From: the human T2T-CHM13v2.0 reference genome, Homo sapiens
Length of the DNA stretch: 64,000 bases
Direction: 5' to 3' (one strand)
Assembly: GCF_009914755.1 (NCBI RefSeq)
Contig: NC_060926.1
The stretch's first letter is position 1, and the number at the start of each line of letters is the position of its first letter. Below are positions 36,001-48,100 of this stretch, piece after piece. The position numbers were made by a program, and so were the translations under genes. Under the pieces are notes generated by a model. It saw nothing but the letters and a program-made list of their open reading frames with translations. It did not search any database and had not been told where the DNA came from.

Positions 36001-39000
36001 ACTCTTTTTGTGGAATCTGCAAGTGGATATTTGTCTAGTTTTGAGGATTTCGTTGGAAACGGGATTACATATAAAAAGCAGACAGCAGCATTCCCAGAAT
36101 CTTCTTTGTGATGTTTGCATTCAAGTCACAGAGTTGAACATTCCCTTTCATAGAGCAGGTTTGAAACACTCTTTTTGTAGTATCTGTATGTGGACATTTG
36201 GAGCGCTTTCAGGCCTATGGTGAAAAAGGAAATATCTTCCCCTGAAAACTAGACAGAAGCATTCTCAGAAACTTATTTGTGATGTGCGCCCTCAACTAAC
36301 AGTGTTGAAGCTTTCTTTTGATAGAGCAGTTTTGAAACACTCTTTTTGTAATATCTGCAAGAGGATATTTGGATAGCTTTGAGGATTTCGTTGGAAACGA
36401 GATTGTCTTCATATAAACTCTAGACAGAAGCATTCTCAGAAGCTTCATTGGGATGTTTCAATTGAAGTCACATGTTGAACAGTTCCTTTCAGAGAACGGG
36501 TTTGAAACACTCTTTTTCTAGTATCTGGAAGTGGACATTTGTAGCGCTCTCAGGACTACGGTGAAAAAGGAAATATCTTCCAATAAAAGCTACATAGAAG
36601 CAATGTCAGAAACTTTTTCATGATGTATCTACTCAACTAACAGAGTTGACCCTTTCCTTTGAGAGAGCAGTTGGGAAACACTCTTTTTGTGGAATCTGCA
36701 AGTGGATATTTGTCTAGCTTTGAGGATTTCGTTGGAAACGGGATTACATATAAAAAGCAGACAGCAGCATTCCCAGTAACTTCTTTGTGATGTTTGCATT
36801 CAAGTCACAGAGTTGAACATTCCCTTTCATAGAGCAGGTTTGAAACACTCTTTTTGTAGTATCTGGATGTGGACATTTGGAGCGCTTTCAGGCCTATGGT
36901 GAAAAAGGAAATATCTTCCCCTGAAAACTAGACAGAAGCATTCTCAGAAACTTATTTGTGATGTGCGCCCTCAACTAACAGTGTTGAACTTTTCTTTTGA
37001 TAGAGCAGTTTTGAAACACTCTTTTTGTAATATCTGCAAGAGGACATTTGGATAGCTTTGAGGATTTCGTTGGAAACGGGATTGTCTTCATATAAACTCT
37101 AGACAGAAGCATTCTCAGAAGCTTCATTGGGATGTTTCAATTGAAGTCACAGTGTTGAACAGTCCCTTTCATAGAGCAGGTTTCAAACACTCTTTTTGTA
37201 GTATCTGGATGTGGACATTTGGAGCGCTTTCAGGCCTATGGTGAAAAAGGAAATATCTTCCCCTGAAAACTAGAGAGAAGCATTCTCAGAAACTTATTTC
37301 TGATGTGCGCCCTCAACTAACAGTGTTGAAGCATTCTTTTGATAGAGCAGTTTTGAAACACTCTTTTTGTGGAATCTGTAAGTGGATATTTGTCTAGCTT
37401 TGAGGATTTCGTTGGAAACGGGATTACATATAAAAAGCAGACAGCAGCACTCCCAGAATCTTCTTTGTGATGTTTGCATTCAAGTCACAGAGTTGAACAT
37501 TCCCTTTCATAGAGCAGGTTTGAAACACTCTTTTTATAGTATCTGGATGTGGACATTTGGAGCGCTTTCAGGCCTATGGTGAAAAAGGAAATATCTTCTC
37601 CTGAAAAATAGACAGAAGCATTCTCAGAATCTTATTTGTGATGTGCGCCCTCAACTAACAGTGTTGAAGCTTTCTTTTGATAGAGCAGTTTTGAAACACT
37701 CTTTTTGTAAAATCTGCAAGAGGATATTTGGATAGCTTTGAGGATTTCGTTGGAAACAGGATTGTCTTCATATAAACTCTAGACAGAAGCATTCTCAGAA
37801 GCTTCATTGGGATGTTTCAATTGAAGTCACAGTGTTGAACAGTTCCTTTCATAGAACAGGTTTGAAACACTCGTTTTGTAGTATCTGGAAGTGGACATTT
37901 GGAGCGCTCTCAGGACTGCGGTGAAAAAGGAAATATCTTCCAATAAAAGCTAGATAGAAGCAATGTCAGAAACCTTTTCATGATGTATCTACTCAGCTAC
38001 CAGAGTTGAACTTTCCTTTGAGAGAGCAGTTTTGAAACACTCTTTTTGTGGAATCTGCAAGTGGATATTTGTCTAGCTTTGAGGATTTCGTTGGAAACGG
38101 CATTACATATAAAAAGCAGACAGCAGCATTCCCAGAAACTTCTTTGTGATGTTTGCATTCAAGTCACAGAGTTGAACATTCCCTTTCATAGAGCAGGTTT
38201 GAAACACTCTTTTTGTAGTATCTGGATGTGGACATTTGGAGCGCTTTCAGGCCTATGGTGAAAAAGGAAATATCTTCCCCTGAAAACTAGACAGAAGCAT
38301 TCTCAGAAACTTATTTGTGATGTGCGCCCTCAACTAACAGTGTTGAAGCTTTCTTTTGATAGAGCAGTTTTGAAACACTCTTTTTGTGGAATCTGCAAGT
38401 GGATATTTGTCTAGCTTTGAGGATTTCGTTGGAAACGGGATTACATATAAAAAGCAGACAGCAGCATTCCCAGAATCTTCTTTGTGATGTTTGCATTCAA
38501 GTCACAGAGTTGAACATTACCTTTCAGAGAGCAGGTTTGAAACACTCTTTTTAGAGTATCTGGATGTGGACATTTGGAGCGCTTTCAGGCCTATGGTGAA
38601 AAGGGAAATATCTTCTCCTGAAAACTAGACAGAAGCATTCTCAGAATCTTATTTGTGATGTGCGCCCTCAACTAACAGTGTTGAAGCTTTCTATTGATAG
38701 AGCAGTTTTGAAACACTCTTTTTGTAAAATCTGCAAGAGGATATTTGGATAGCTTTGAGGATTTCATTGGAAACGGGATTGTCTTCATATAAACTCTAGA
38801 CAGAAGCATTCTCAGAAGCTTCATTGGGATGTTTCAATTGAAGTCACAGTGTTGGACAGTCCCTTTCATAGAGCAGGTTTGAAACACTCTTTTTGTAGTA
38901 TCTGGAAGTGGACATTTGGAGCGATCTCAGGACTACGGTGAAAAAGGAAATATCTTCCAATAAAAGCTACATAGAAGCAATGTCAGAAACTTTTTCATGA

Positions 39001-39100
39001 TGTATCTACTCAGCTAACAGAGTTGAACGTTTCTTTTGAGAGAGCAGTTTTGAAACACTCTTTTTGTGGAATCTGGAAGTGGATATTTGTCTAGCTTTGA
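24100..39100 (+). repeat. More diverged central sub-domain of the HOR array with clustered CENP-B box mutations
   Basis: Many private SNVs, 11 boxes with essential-base changes, and no GGTTTAAAAGG variant. Boundaries are approximate. Confidence 0.75.
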
Positions 39101-39159
39101 GGATTTCGTTGGAAACGGGATTACATATAAAAAGCAGACAGCAGCATTCCCAGTAACTT

Positions 39160-42100
39160 CTTTGTGATGTTTGCATTCAAGTCACAGAGTTGAACATTCC
39201 CTTTCATAGAGCAGGTTTGAAACACTGTTTTTGTAGTATCTGGATGTGGACATTTGGAGCGCTTTCAGGCCTATGGTGAAAAAGGAAATATCTTCCCCTG
39301 AAAACTAGACAGAAGCATTCTCAAAATCTTATTTGTGATGTGCGCCCTCAACTAACAGTGTTGAAGCTTTCTTTTGATAGAGCAGTTTTGAAACACTCTT
39401 TTTGTGGAATCTGTAAGTGGATATTTGTCTAGCTTTGAGGATTTCGTTGGAAACGGGATTACATATAAAAAGCAGACAGCTGCATTCCCAGAATCTTGTT
39501 TGTGATGTTTGCATTCAAGTCACAGAGTTGAACATTCCCTTTCATAGAGCAGGTTTGAAACACTCTTTTTATAGTATCTGGATGTGCACATTTGGAGCGC
39601 TTTCAGGCCTATGGTGAAAAAGGAAATATCTTCTCCTGAAAACTAGACAGAAGCATTCTCAGAATCTTATTTGTGATGTGCGCCCTCAACTAACAGTGTT
39701 GAAGCTTTCTTTTGATAGAGCAGTTTTGAAACACTCTTTTCGTAAAATCTGCAAGAGGATATTTGGATAGCTTTGAGGATTTCGTTGGAAACGGGATTGT
39801 CTTCATATAAACTCTAGACAGAAGCATTCTCAGAAGCTTCATTGGGATGTTTCAATTGAAGTCACAGTGTTGAACAGTCCCTTTCATAGAGCAGGTTTGA
39901 AACACTCTTTTTGTAGTATCTGGAAGTGGACATTTGGAGAGATCTCAGGAATACGGTGAAAAAGGAAATATCTTCCAATAAAAGCTACATAGAAGCAATG
40001 TCAGAAACTTTTTCATGATGTATCTACTCAGCTAACAGAGTTGAACCTTTCTTTTGAGAGAGCAGTTTTGAAACACTCTTTTTGTGGAATCTGGAAGTGG
40101 ATATTTGTCTAGCTTTGAGGATTTCGTTGGAAACGGGATTACATATAAAAAGCAGACAGCAGCATTCCCAGTAACTTCTTTGTGATGTTTGCATTCAAGT
40201 CACAGAGTTGAACATTCCCTTTCATAGAGCAGGTTTGAAACACTCTTTTTGTAGTATCTGGATGTGGACATTTGGAGCGCTTTCAGGCCTATGGTGAAAA
40301 AGGAAATATCTTCCCCTGAAAACTAGACAGAAGAATTCTCAGAGTCTTATTTGTGATGTGCGCCCTCAACTAACAGTGTTGAAGCTTTCTTTTGATAGAG
40401 CAGTTTTTAAACACTCTTTTTGTAAAATCTGCAAGAGGATATTTGGATAGCTTTGAGGATTTCGTTGGAAACGGGATTGTCTTCATATAAACTCTAGACA
40501 GAAGCATTCTCAGAAGCGTCATTGGGATGTTTCAATTGAAGTCACAGTGTTGAACAGTCCCTTTCAGAGAGCAGGTTTGAAACACTCTTTTTGTAGTATC
40601 TGGATGTGGACATTTGGAGCGCTTTCAGGCCTATGGTTTAAAAGGAAATATCTTCCCCTGAAAACTAGACAGAAGCATTCTCAGAAACTTATTTGTGATG
40701 TGCGCCCTCAACTAACAGTGTTGAAGCATTCTTTTGATAGAGCAGTTTTGAAACACTCTTTTTGTGGAATCTGCAAGTGGATATTTGTCTAGCTTTGAGG
40801 ATTTCGTTGGAAACGGGATTACATATAAAAAGCAGACAGCAGCATTCCCAGTAACTTCTTTGTGATGTTTGCATTCAAGTCAGAGAGTTGAACATTCCCT
40901 TTCATAGAGCAGGTTTGAAACACTCTTTTTGAAGTATCTGGTTGTGGACATTTGGAGCGCTTTCAGGCCTATGGTGAAAAAGGAAATATCTTCCCCTGAA
41001 AACTAGACAGAAGCATTCTCAGAAACTTATTTGTGATGTGCGCCCTCAACTAACAGTGTTGAACCTTTCTTTTGATAGAGAAGTTTTGAAACACTCTTTT
41101 TGTAATATCTGCAAGAGGATATTTGGATAGCTTTGAGGATTTCGTTGGAAACGGGATTGTCTTCATATAAACTCTAGACAGAAGCATTCTCAGAAGCTTC
41201 ATTGGGATGTTTCAATTGAAGTCACAGTGTTGAACAGTCCCTTTCATAGAGCAGGTTTGAAACACTCTTTTTGTAGTATCTGGAGATGGACATTTGGAGC
41301 GCTCTCAGGACTACGGTGATAAAGGAAATATCTTCCAATAAAAGCTACATAGAAGCAATGTCAGAAACTTTTTCATGATGTATCTACTCAGCTAACAGAG
41401 TTGAACCTTTCTTTTGAGAGAGCAGTTTTGAAACACTCTTTTTGTGGAATCTGCAAGTGGATATTTGTCTAGCTTTGAGGATTTCGTTGGAAACGGGATT
41501 ACATATAAAAAGCAGACAGCAGCATTCCCAGAATCTTCTTTGTGATGTTTGCATTCAAGTCACAGAGTTGAACATTCCCTTTCATAGAGCAGGTTTGAAA
41601 CACTCTTTTTGCAGTATCTGGATGTGGACATTTGGAGCGCTTTCAGGCCTATGGTGAAAAAGGAAATATCTTCCCCTGAAAACTAGACAGAAGCATTCTC
41701 AGAATCTTATTTGTGATGTGCGCCCTCAACTAACAGTGTTGAAGCTTTCTTTTGATAGAGCAGTTTTGAAACACTCTTTTTGTAAAATCTGCAAGAGGAT
41801 ATTTGGATAGCTTTGAGGATTTCGTTGGAAACGTGATTGTCTTCATATAAACTCTAGACAGAAGCATTCTCAGAAGCTTCATTGGGATGTTTCAATTGAA
41901 GTCACAGTGTTGAAAAGTCCCTTTCATAGAGCAGGTTTGAAACACTCTTTTTGTAGTATCTGGAAGTGGACATTTGGAGCGCTCTCAGGACTGCGGTGAA
42001 AAAGGAAATATCTTCCAATAAAAGCTAGATAGAAGCAATGTCAGAAACTTTTTCATGATGTATCTACTCAGCTAACAGAGTTGAACCTTCATTTGAGAGA

Positions 42101-45100
42101 GCAGTTTTGAAACACTCGTTTTGTGGACTCTGCAAGTGGATATTTGTCAACCTTTGAGGATTTCGTTGGAAACGGGATTACATATAAAAAGCAGACAGCA
42201 GCATTCCCAGAATCTTCTTTGTGATGTTTGCATTCAAGTCACAGAGTTGAACATTCCCTTTCATAGAGCAGGTTTGAAACACTCTTTTTGTAGTATCTGG
42301 ATGTGGACATTTTGAGAGATCTCAGGAATACGGTGATAAAGGAAATATCTTCCCCTGAAAACTAGACAGAAGCATTCTCAGAAACTTATTTGTGATGTGC
42401 GCCCTCAACTAACAGTGTTGAAGCTTTCTTTTGATAGAGCAGTTTTGAAACACTCTTTTTGTAATATCTGCAAGAGGATATTTGGATAGCTTTGAGGATT
42501 TCGTTGGAAACGGGTTTGTCTTCATATAAACTCTAGACAGAAGCATTCTCAGAAGCTTCGTTGGGATGTTTCAATTGAAGTCACAGTGTTGAACAGTTCC
42601 TTTCATAGAACAGGTTTGAAACACTCTTTTTGTAGTATCTGGAAGTGGACATTTGGAGCGCTCTCAGGACTATGGTGAAAAAGGAAATATCTTCCAATAA
42701 AAGCTACATAGAAGCAATGTCAGAAACTTTTTCATGATGTATCTACTCAGCTAACAGAGTTGAACCTTTCCTTTGAGAGAGCAGTTTTGAAACACTCTTT
42801 TTGTGGAATCTGCAAGTGGATATTTGTCTAGCTTTGAGGATTTCGTTGGAAACGGGATTACATATAAAAAGCAGACAGCAGCATTCCCAGTAACTTCTTT
42901 GTGATGTTTGCATTCAAGTCACAGAGTTGAATATTCCCTTTCATAGAGCAGGTTTGAAACACTCTTTTTGTAGTATCTGGATGTGGACATTTGGAGCGCT
43001 TTCAGGCCTATGGTGAAAAAGGAAATATCTTCCCCTGAAAACTAGACAGAGGCATTCTCAGAAACTTATTTGTGATGTGCGCCCTCAACTAACAGTGTTG
43101 AACCTTTCTTTTGATAGAGCAGTTTTGAAACACTCTTTTTGTAATATCTGCAAGAGGATATTTGGATAGCTTTGAGGATTTCGTTGGAAACGGGATTACA
43201 TATAAAAAGCAGACAGCAGCATTCCCAGAAACTTCTTTGTGATGTTGCATTCAAGTCACAGAGTTGAACATTCCCTTTCATAGAGCAGGTTTGAAACACT
43301 CTTTTTGTAGTATCTGGATGTGGACATTTGCAGCGCTTTCAGGCCTAAGGTGAAAAAGGAAATATCTTCCCCTGAAAATTAGACAGATGCATTCTCAGAA
43401 ACTTATTTGTGATGTGCGCCCTCAACTAACAGTGTTGAAGCATTCTTTTGATAGAGCAGTTTTGAAACACTCTTTTTGTGGAATCTGCAAGTGGATATTT
43501 GTCTAGCTTTGAGGATTTCGTTGGAAACGGGATTAATTATAAAAAGCAGACAGCAGCATTCCCAGAATCTTGTTTGTGATGTTTGCATTCAAGTCACAGA
43601 GTTGAACATTCCCTTTCATAGAGCAGGTTTGAAACACTCTTTTTATAGTATCTGGATGTTTACATTTGGAGCGCTTTCAGGCCTATGGTGAAAAAGGAAA
43701 TATCTTCCCCTGAAAACTAGACAGACGCATTCTCAGACACTTATTTGTGATGTGCGCCCTCAACTAACAGTGTTGAAGCTTTCTTTTGATAGAGCAGTTT
43801 TGAAACACTCTTTTTGTAATATCTGCAAGAGGATATTTGGATAGCTTTGAGGATTTCGTTGGAAACGGGATTAATTATAAAAAGCAGACAGCAGCATTCC
43901 CAGAATCTTGTTTGTGATGTTTGCATTCAAGTCACAGAGTTGAACATTCCCTTTCAGAGAGCAGGTTTGAAACACTCTTTTTATAGTATCTGGATGTGGA
44001 CGTTTGGAGCGCTTTCAGGCCTATGGTGAAAAAGGAAATATCTTCTCCTGAAAACTAGACAGAAGCATTCTCAGAATCTTATTTGTGATGTGCGCCCTCA
44101 ACTAACAGTGTTGAAGCTTTCTTTTGATAGAGCAGTTTTGAAACACTCTTTTCGTAAAATCTGCAAGAGGATATTTTGATAGCTTTGAGGATTTCGTTGG
44201 AAACGGGATTGTCTTCATATAAACTCTAGACAGAAGCATTCTCAGAAGCTTCATTGGGATGTTTCAATTGAAGTCACAGTGTTGAACAGTCCCTTTCATA
44301 GAGCAGGTTTGAAACACTCTTTTTGTAGTATCTGGAAGTGGACATTTGGAGAGATCTCAGGAATACGGTGATAAAGGAAATATCTTCCAATAAAAGCTAG
44401 ATAGAAGCAATGTCAGAAACTTTTTCATGATGTATCTACTCAGCTAACAGAGTTGAACCTTTCTTTTGAGAGAGCAGTTTTGAAACACTCTTTTTGTGGA
44501 ATCTGCAAGTGGATATTTGTCTAGCTTTGAGGATTTCGTTGGAAACGGGATTACATATAAAAAGCAGACAGCAGCATTCCCAGTAACTTCTTTGTGAGGT
44601 TTGCATTCAAGTCACAGAGTTGAACATTCCCTTTCATAGAACAGGTTTGAAACACTCTTTTTGTAGTATCTGGAAGTGGACATTTGGAGCGCTCTCAGGA
44701 CTACGGTGAAAATGGAAATATCTTCCAATAAAAGCTACATAGAAGCAATGTCAGAAACTTTTTCATGATGTATCTACTCAGCTAACAGAGTTGAACCTTT
44801 CCTTTGAGAGAGCAGTTTTGAAACACTCTTTTTGTGGAATCTGCAAGTGGATATTTGTCTAGCTTTGAGGATTTCGTTGGAAACGGGATTACATATAAAA
44901 AGCAGACAGCAGCATTCCCAGAATCTTCTTTGTGATGTTTGCATTCAAGTCACAGAGTTGAACATTCCCTTTCATAGAGCAGGTTTGAAACACTCTTTTT
45001 GTAGTATCTGGATGTGGACATTTGGAGCGTTTTCAGGCCTATGGTGAAAAAGGAAATATCTTCCCCTGAAAACTAGACAGAAGCATTCTCAGAATCTTAT

Positions 45101-48100
45101 TTGTGATGTGCGCCCTCAACTAACAGTGTTGAAGCTTTCTTTTGATAGAGCAGTTTTGAAACACTCTTTTTGTAAAATCTGCAAGAGGATATTTGGATAG
45201 CTTTGAGGATTTCGTTGGAAACGGGATTGTCTTCATATAAACTCTAGACAGAAGCATTCTCAGAAGCTTCATTGGGATGTTTCAATTGAAGTCACAGTGT
45301 TGAACAGTCCCTTTCATAGAGCAGGTTTGAAACACTCTTTTTGTAGTATCTGGAAGTGGACATTTGGAACGCTCTCAGGACTGCGGTGAAAAAGGAAATA
45401 TCTTCCAATAAAAGCTAGATAGAAGCAATGTCAGAAACTTTTTCATGATGTATCTACTCAGCTAACAGAGTTGAACCTTTCTTTTGAGAGAGCAGTTTTG
45501 AAACACTCGTTTTGTGGAATCTGCAAGTGGATATTTGTCTAGCTTTGAGGATTTCGTTGGAAACGGGATTACATATAAAAAGCAGACAGCAGCATTCCCA
45601 GAAACTTCTTTGTGATGTTTGCATTCAAGTCACAGAGTTGAACATTCCCTTTCATAGAGCAGGTTTGAAACACTCTTTTTGTAGTATCTGGATGTGGACA
45701 TTTGCAGCGCTTTCAGGCCTAAGGTGAAAAAGGAAATATCTTCCCCTGAAAACTAGACAGAAGCATTCTCAGAAACTTATTTGTGATGTGCGCCCTCAAC
45801 TAACAGTGTTGAAGCTTTCTTTTGATAGAGCAGTTTTGAAACACTCTTTTTGTAATATCTGCAAGAGGATATTTGGATAGCTTTGAGGATTTCGTTGGAA
45901 ACGGGATTGTCTTCATATAAACTCTAGACAGAAGCATTCTCAGAAGCTTCATTGGGATGTTTCAATTGAAGTCACAGTGTTGAACAGTCCCTTTCATAGA
46001 GCAGGTTTGAAACACTCTTTTTGTAGTATCTGGAAGTGGACATTTGGAACGCTCTCAGGACTGCGGTGAAAAAGGAAATATCTTCCAATAAAAGCTAGAT
46101 AGAAGCAATGTCAGAAACTTTTTCATGATGTATCTACTCAGCTAACAGAGTTGAACCTTTCTTTTGAGAGAGCAGTTTTGAAACACTCTTTTTATGGAAT
46201 CTGCAAGTGGATATTTGTCTAGCTTTGAGGATTTCGTTGGAAACGGGATTACATATAAAAAGCAGACAGCAGCATTCCCAGTAACTTCTTTGTGATGTTT
46301 GCATTCAAGTCACAGAGTTGAACATTCCCTTTCATACAGCAGGTTTGAAACACTTTTTTTGTAGTATCTGGATGTGGACATTTGGAGCGCTTTCAGGCCT
46401 ATGGTGAAAAAGGAAATATCTTCCAATAAAAGCTACATAAAAGCAATGTCAGAAACTTTTTCATGATGTATCTACTCAGCTAACAGAGTTGAACCTTTCT
46501 TTTGAGAGAGCAGTTTTGAAACACTCTTTTTGTGGAATCTGGAAGTGGATATTTGTCTAGCTTTGAGGATTTCGTTGGAAACGGGATTACATATAAAAAG
46601 CAGACAGCAGCATTCCCAGTAACTTCTTTGTGATGTTTGCATTCAAGTCACAGAGTTGAACATTCCCTTTCATAGAGCAGGTTTGAAACACTCTTTTTGT
46701 AGTATCTGGATGTGGACATTTGGAGCGCTTTCAGGCCTATTGTGAAAAAGGAAATATCTTCCCCTGAAAACTAGACAGAAGAATTCTCAGAATCTTATTT
46801 GTGATGTGCGCCCTCAACTAACAGTGTTGAAGCTTTCTTTTGATAGAGCAGTTTTGAAACACTCTTTTTGTAAAATCTGCAAGAGGATATTTGGATAGCT
46901 TTGAGGATTTCGTTGGAAACGGGATTGTCTTCATATAAACTCTACACAGAAGCATTCTCAGAAGCGTCATTGGGATGTTTCAATTGAAGTCACAGTGTTG
47001 AACAGTCCCTTTCATAGAGCAGGTTTGAAACACTCTTTTTGTAGTATCTGGATGTGGACATTTGGAGCGCTTTCAGGCCTATGGTTTAAAAGGAAATATC
47101 TTCCCCGGAAAACTAGACAGAAGCATTCTCAGAAACTTATTTGTGATGTGCGCCTTCAACTAACAGTGTTGAAGCATTCTTTTGATAGAGCAGTTTTGAA
47201 ACACTCTTTTTGTGGAATCTGCAAGTGGATATTTGTCTAGCTTTGAGGATTTCGTTGGAAACGGGATTACATATAAAAAGCAGACAGCAGCATTCCCAGA
47301 AACTTCTTTGTGATGTTTGCATTCAAGTCACAGAGTTGAATATTCCCTTTCAGAGAGCAGGTTTGAAACACTCTTTTTGTAGTATCTGGATGTGGACATT
47401 TGGAGCGCTTTCAGGCCTATGGTGAAAAAGGAAATATCTTCCCCTGAAAACTAGACAGAAGCATTCTCAGAATCTTATTTGTGATGTGCGCCCTCAACTA
47501 ACAGTGTTGAAGCTTTCTTTTGATAGAGCAGTTTTGAAACACTCTTTTTGTAAAATCTGCAAGAGGATATTTGGATAGCTTTGAGGATTTCGTTGGAAAC
47601 GGGATTGTCTTCATATAAACGCTAGACAGAAGCATTCTCAGAAGCTTCATTGGGATGTTTCAATTGAAGTCACAGTGTTGAAAAGTCCCTTTCATAGAGC
47701 AGGTTTGAAACACTCTTTTTGTAGTATCTGGAAGTGGACATTTAGAGCGCTCTCAGGACTGCGGTGAAAAAGGAACTATCTTCCAATAAAAGCTAGATAG
47801 AAGCAATGTCAGAAACTTTTTCATGATGTATCTACTCAGCTAACAGAGTTGAACCTTCCTTTGAGAGAGCAGTTTTGAAACACTCTTTTTGTGGAATCTG
47901 CAAGTGGATATTTGTCTAGCTTTGAGGATTTCGTTGGAAACGGGATTGTCTTCATATAAACTCTAGACAGAAGCATTCTCAGAAGCTTCATTGGGATGTT
48001 TCAATTGAAGTCACAGTGTTGAACAGTTCCTTTCATAGAACAGGTTTGAAACACTCTTTTTGTAGTATCTGGAAGTGGACATTTGGAGCGCTCCCAGGAC

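Noticed and set aside
41281-41290. AG>GA dinucleotide swap (GGAGATGG), also near 52153
   Set aside because: It is a single local variant carried along by the tandem duplication, useful only as a marker.
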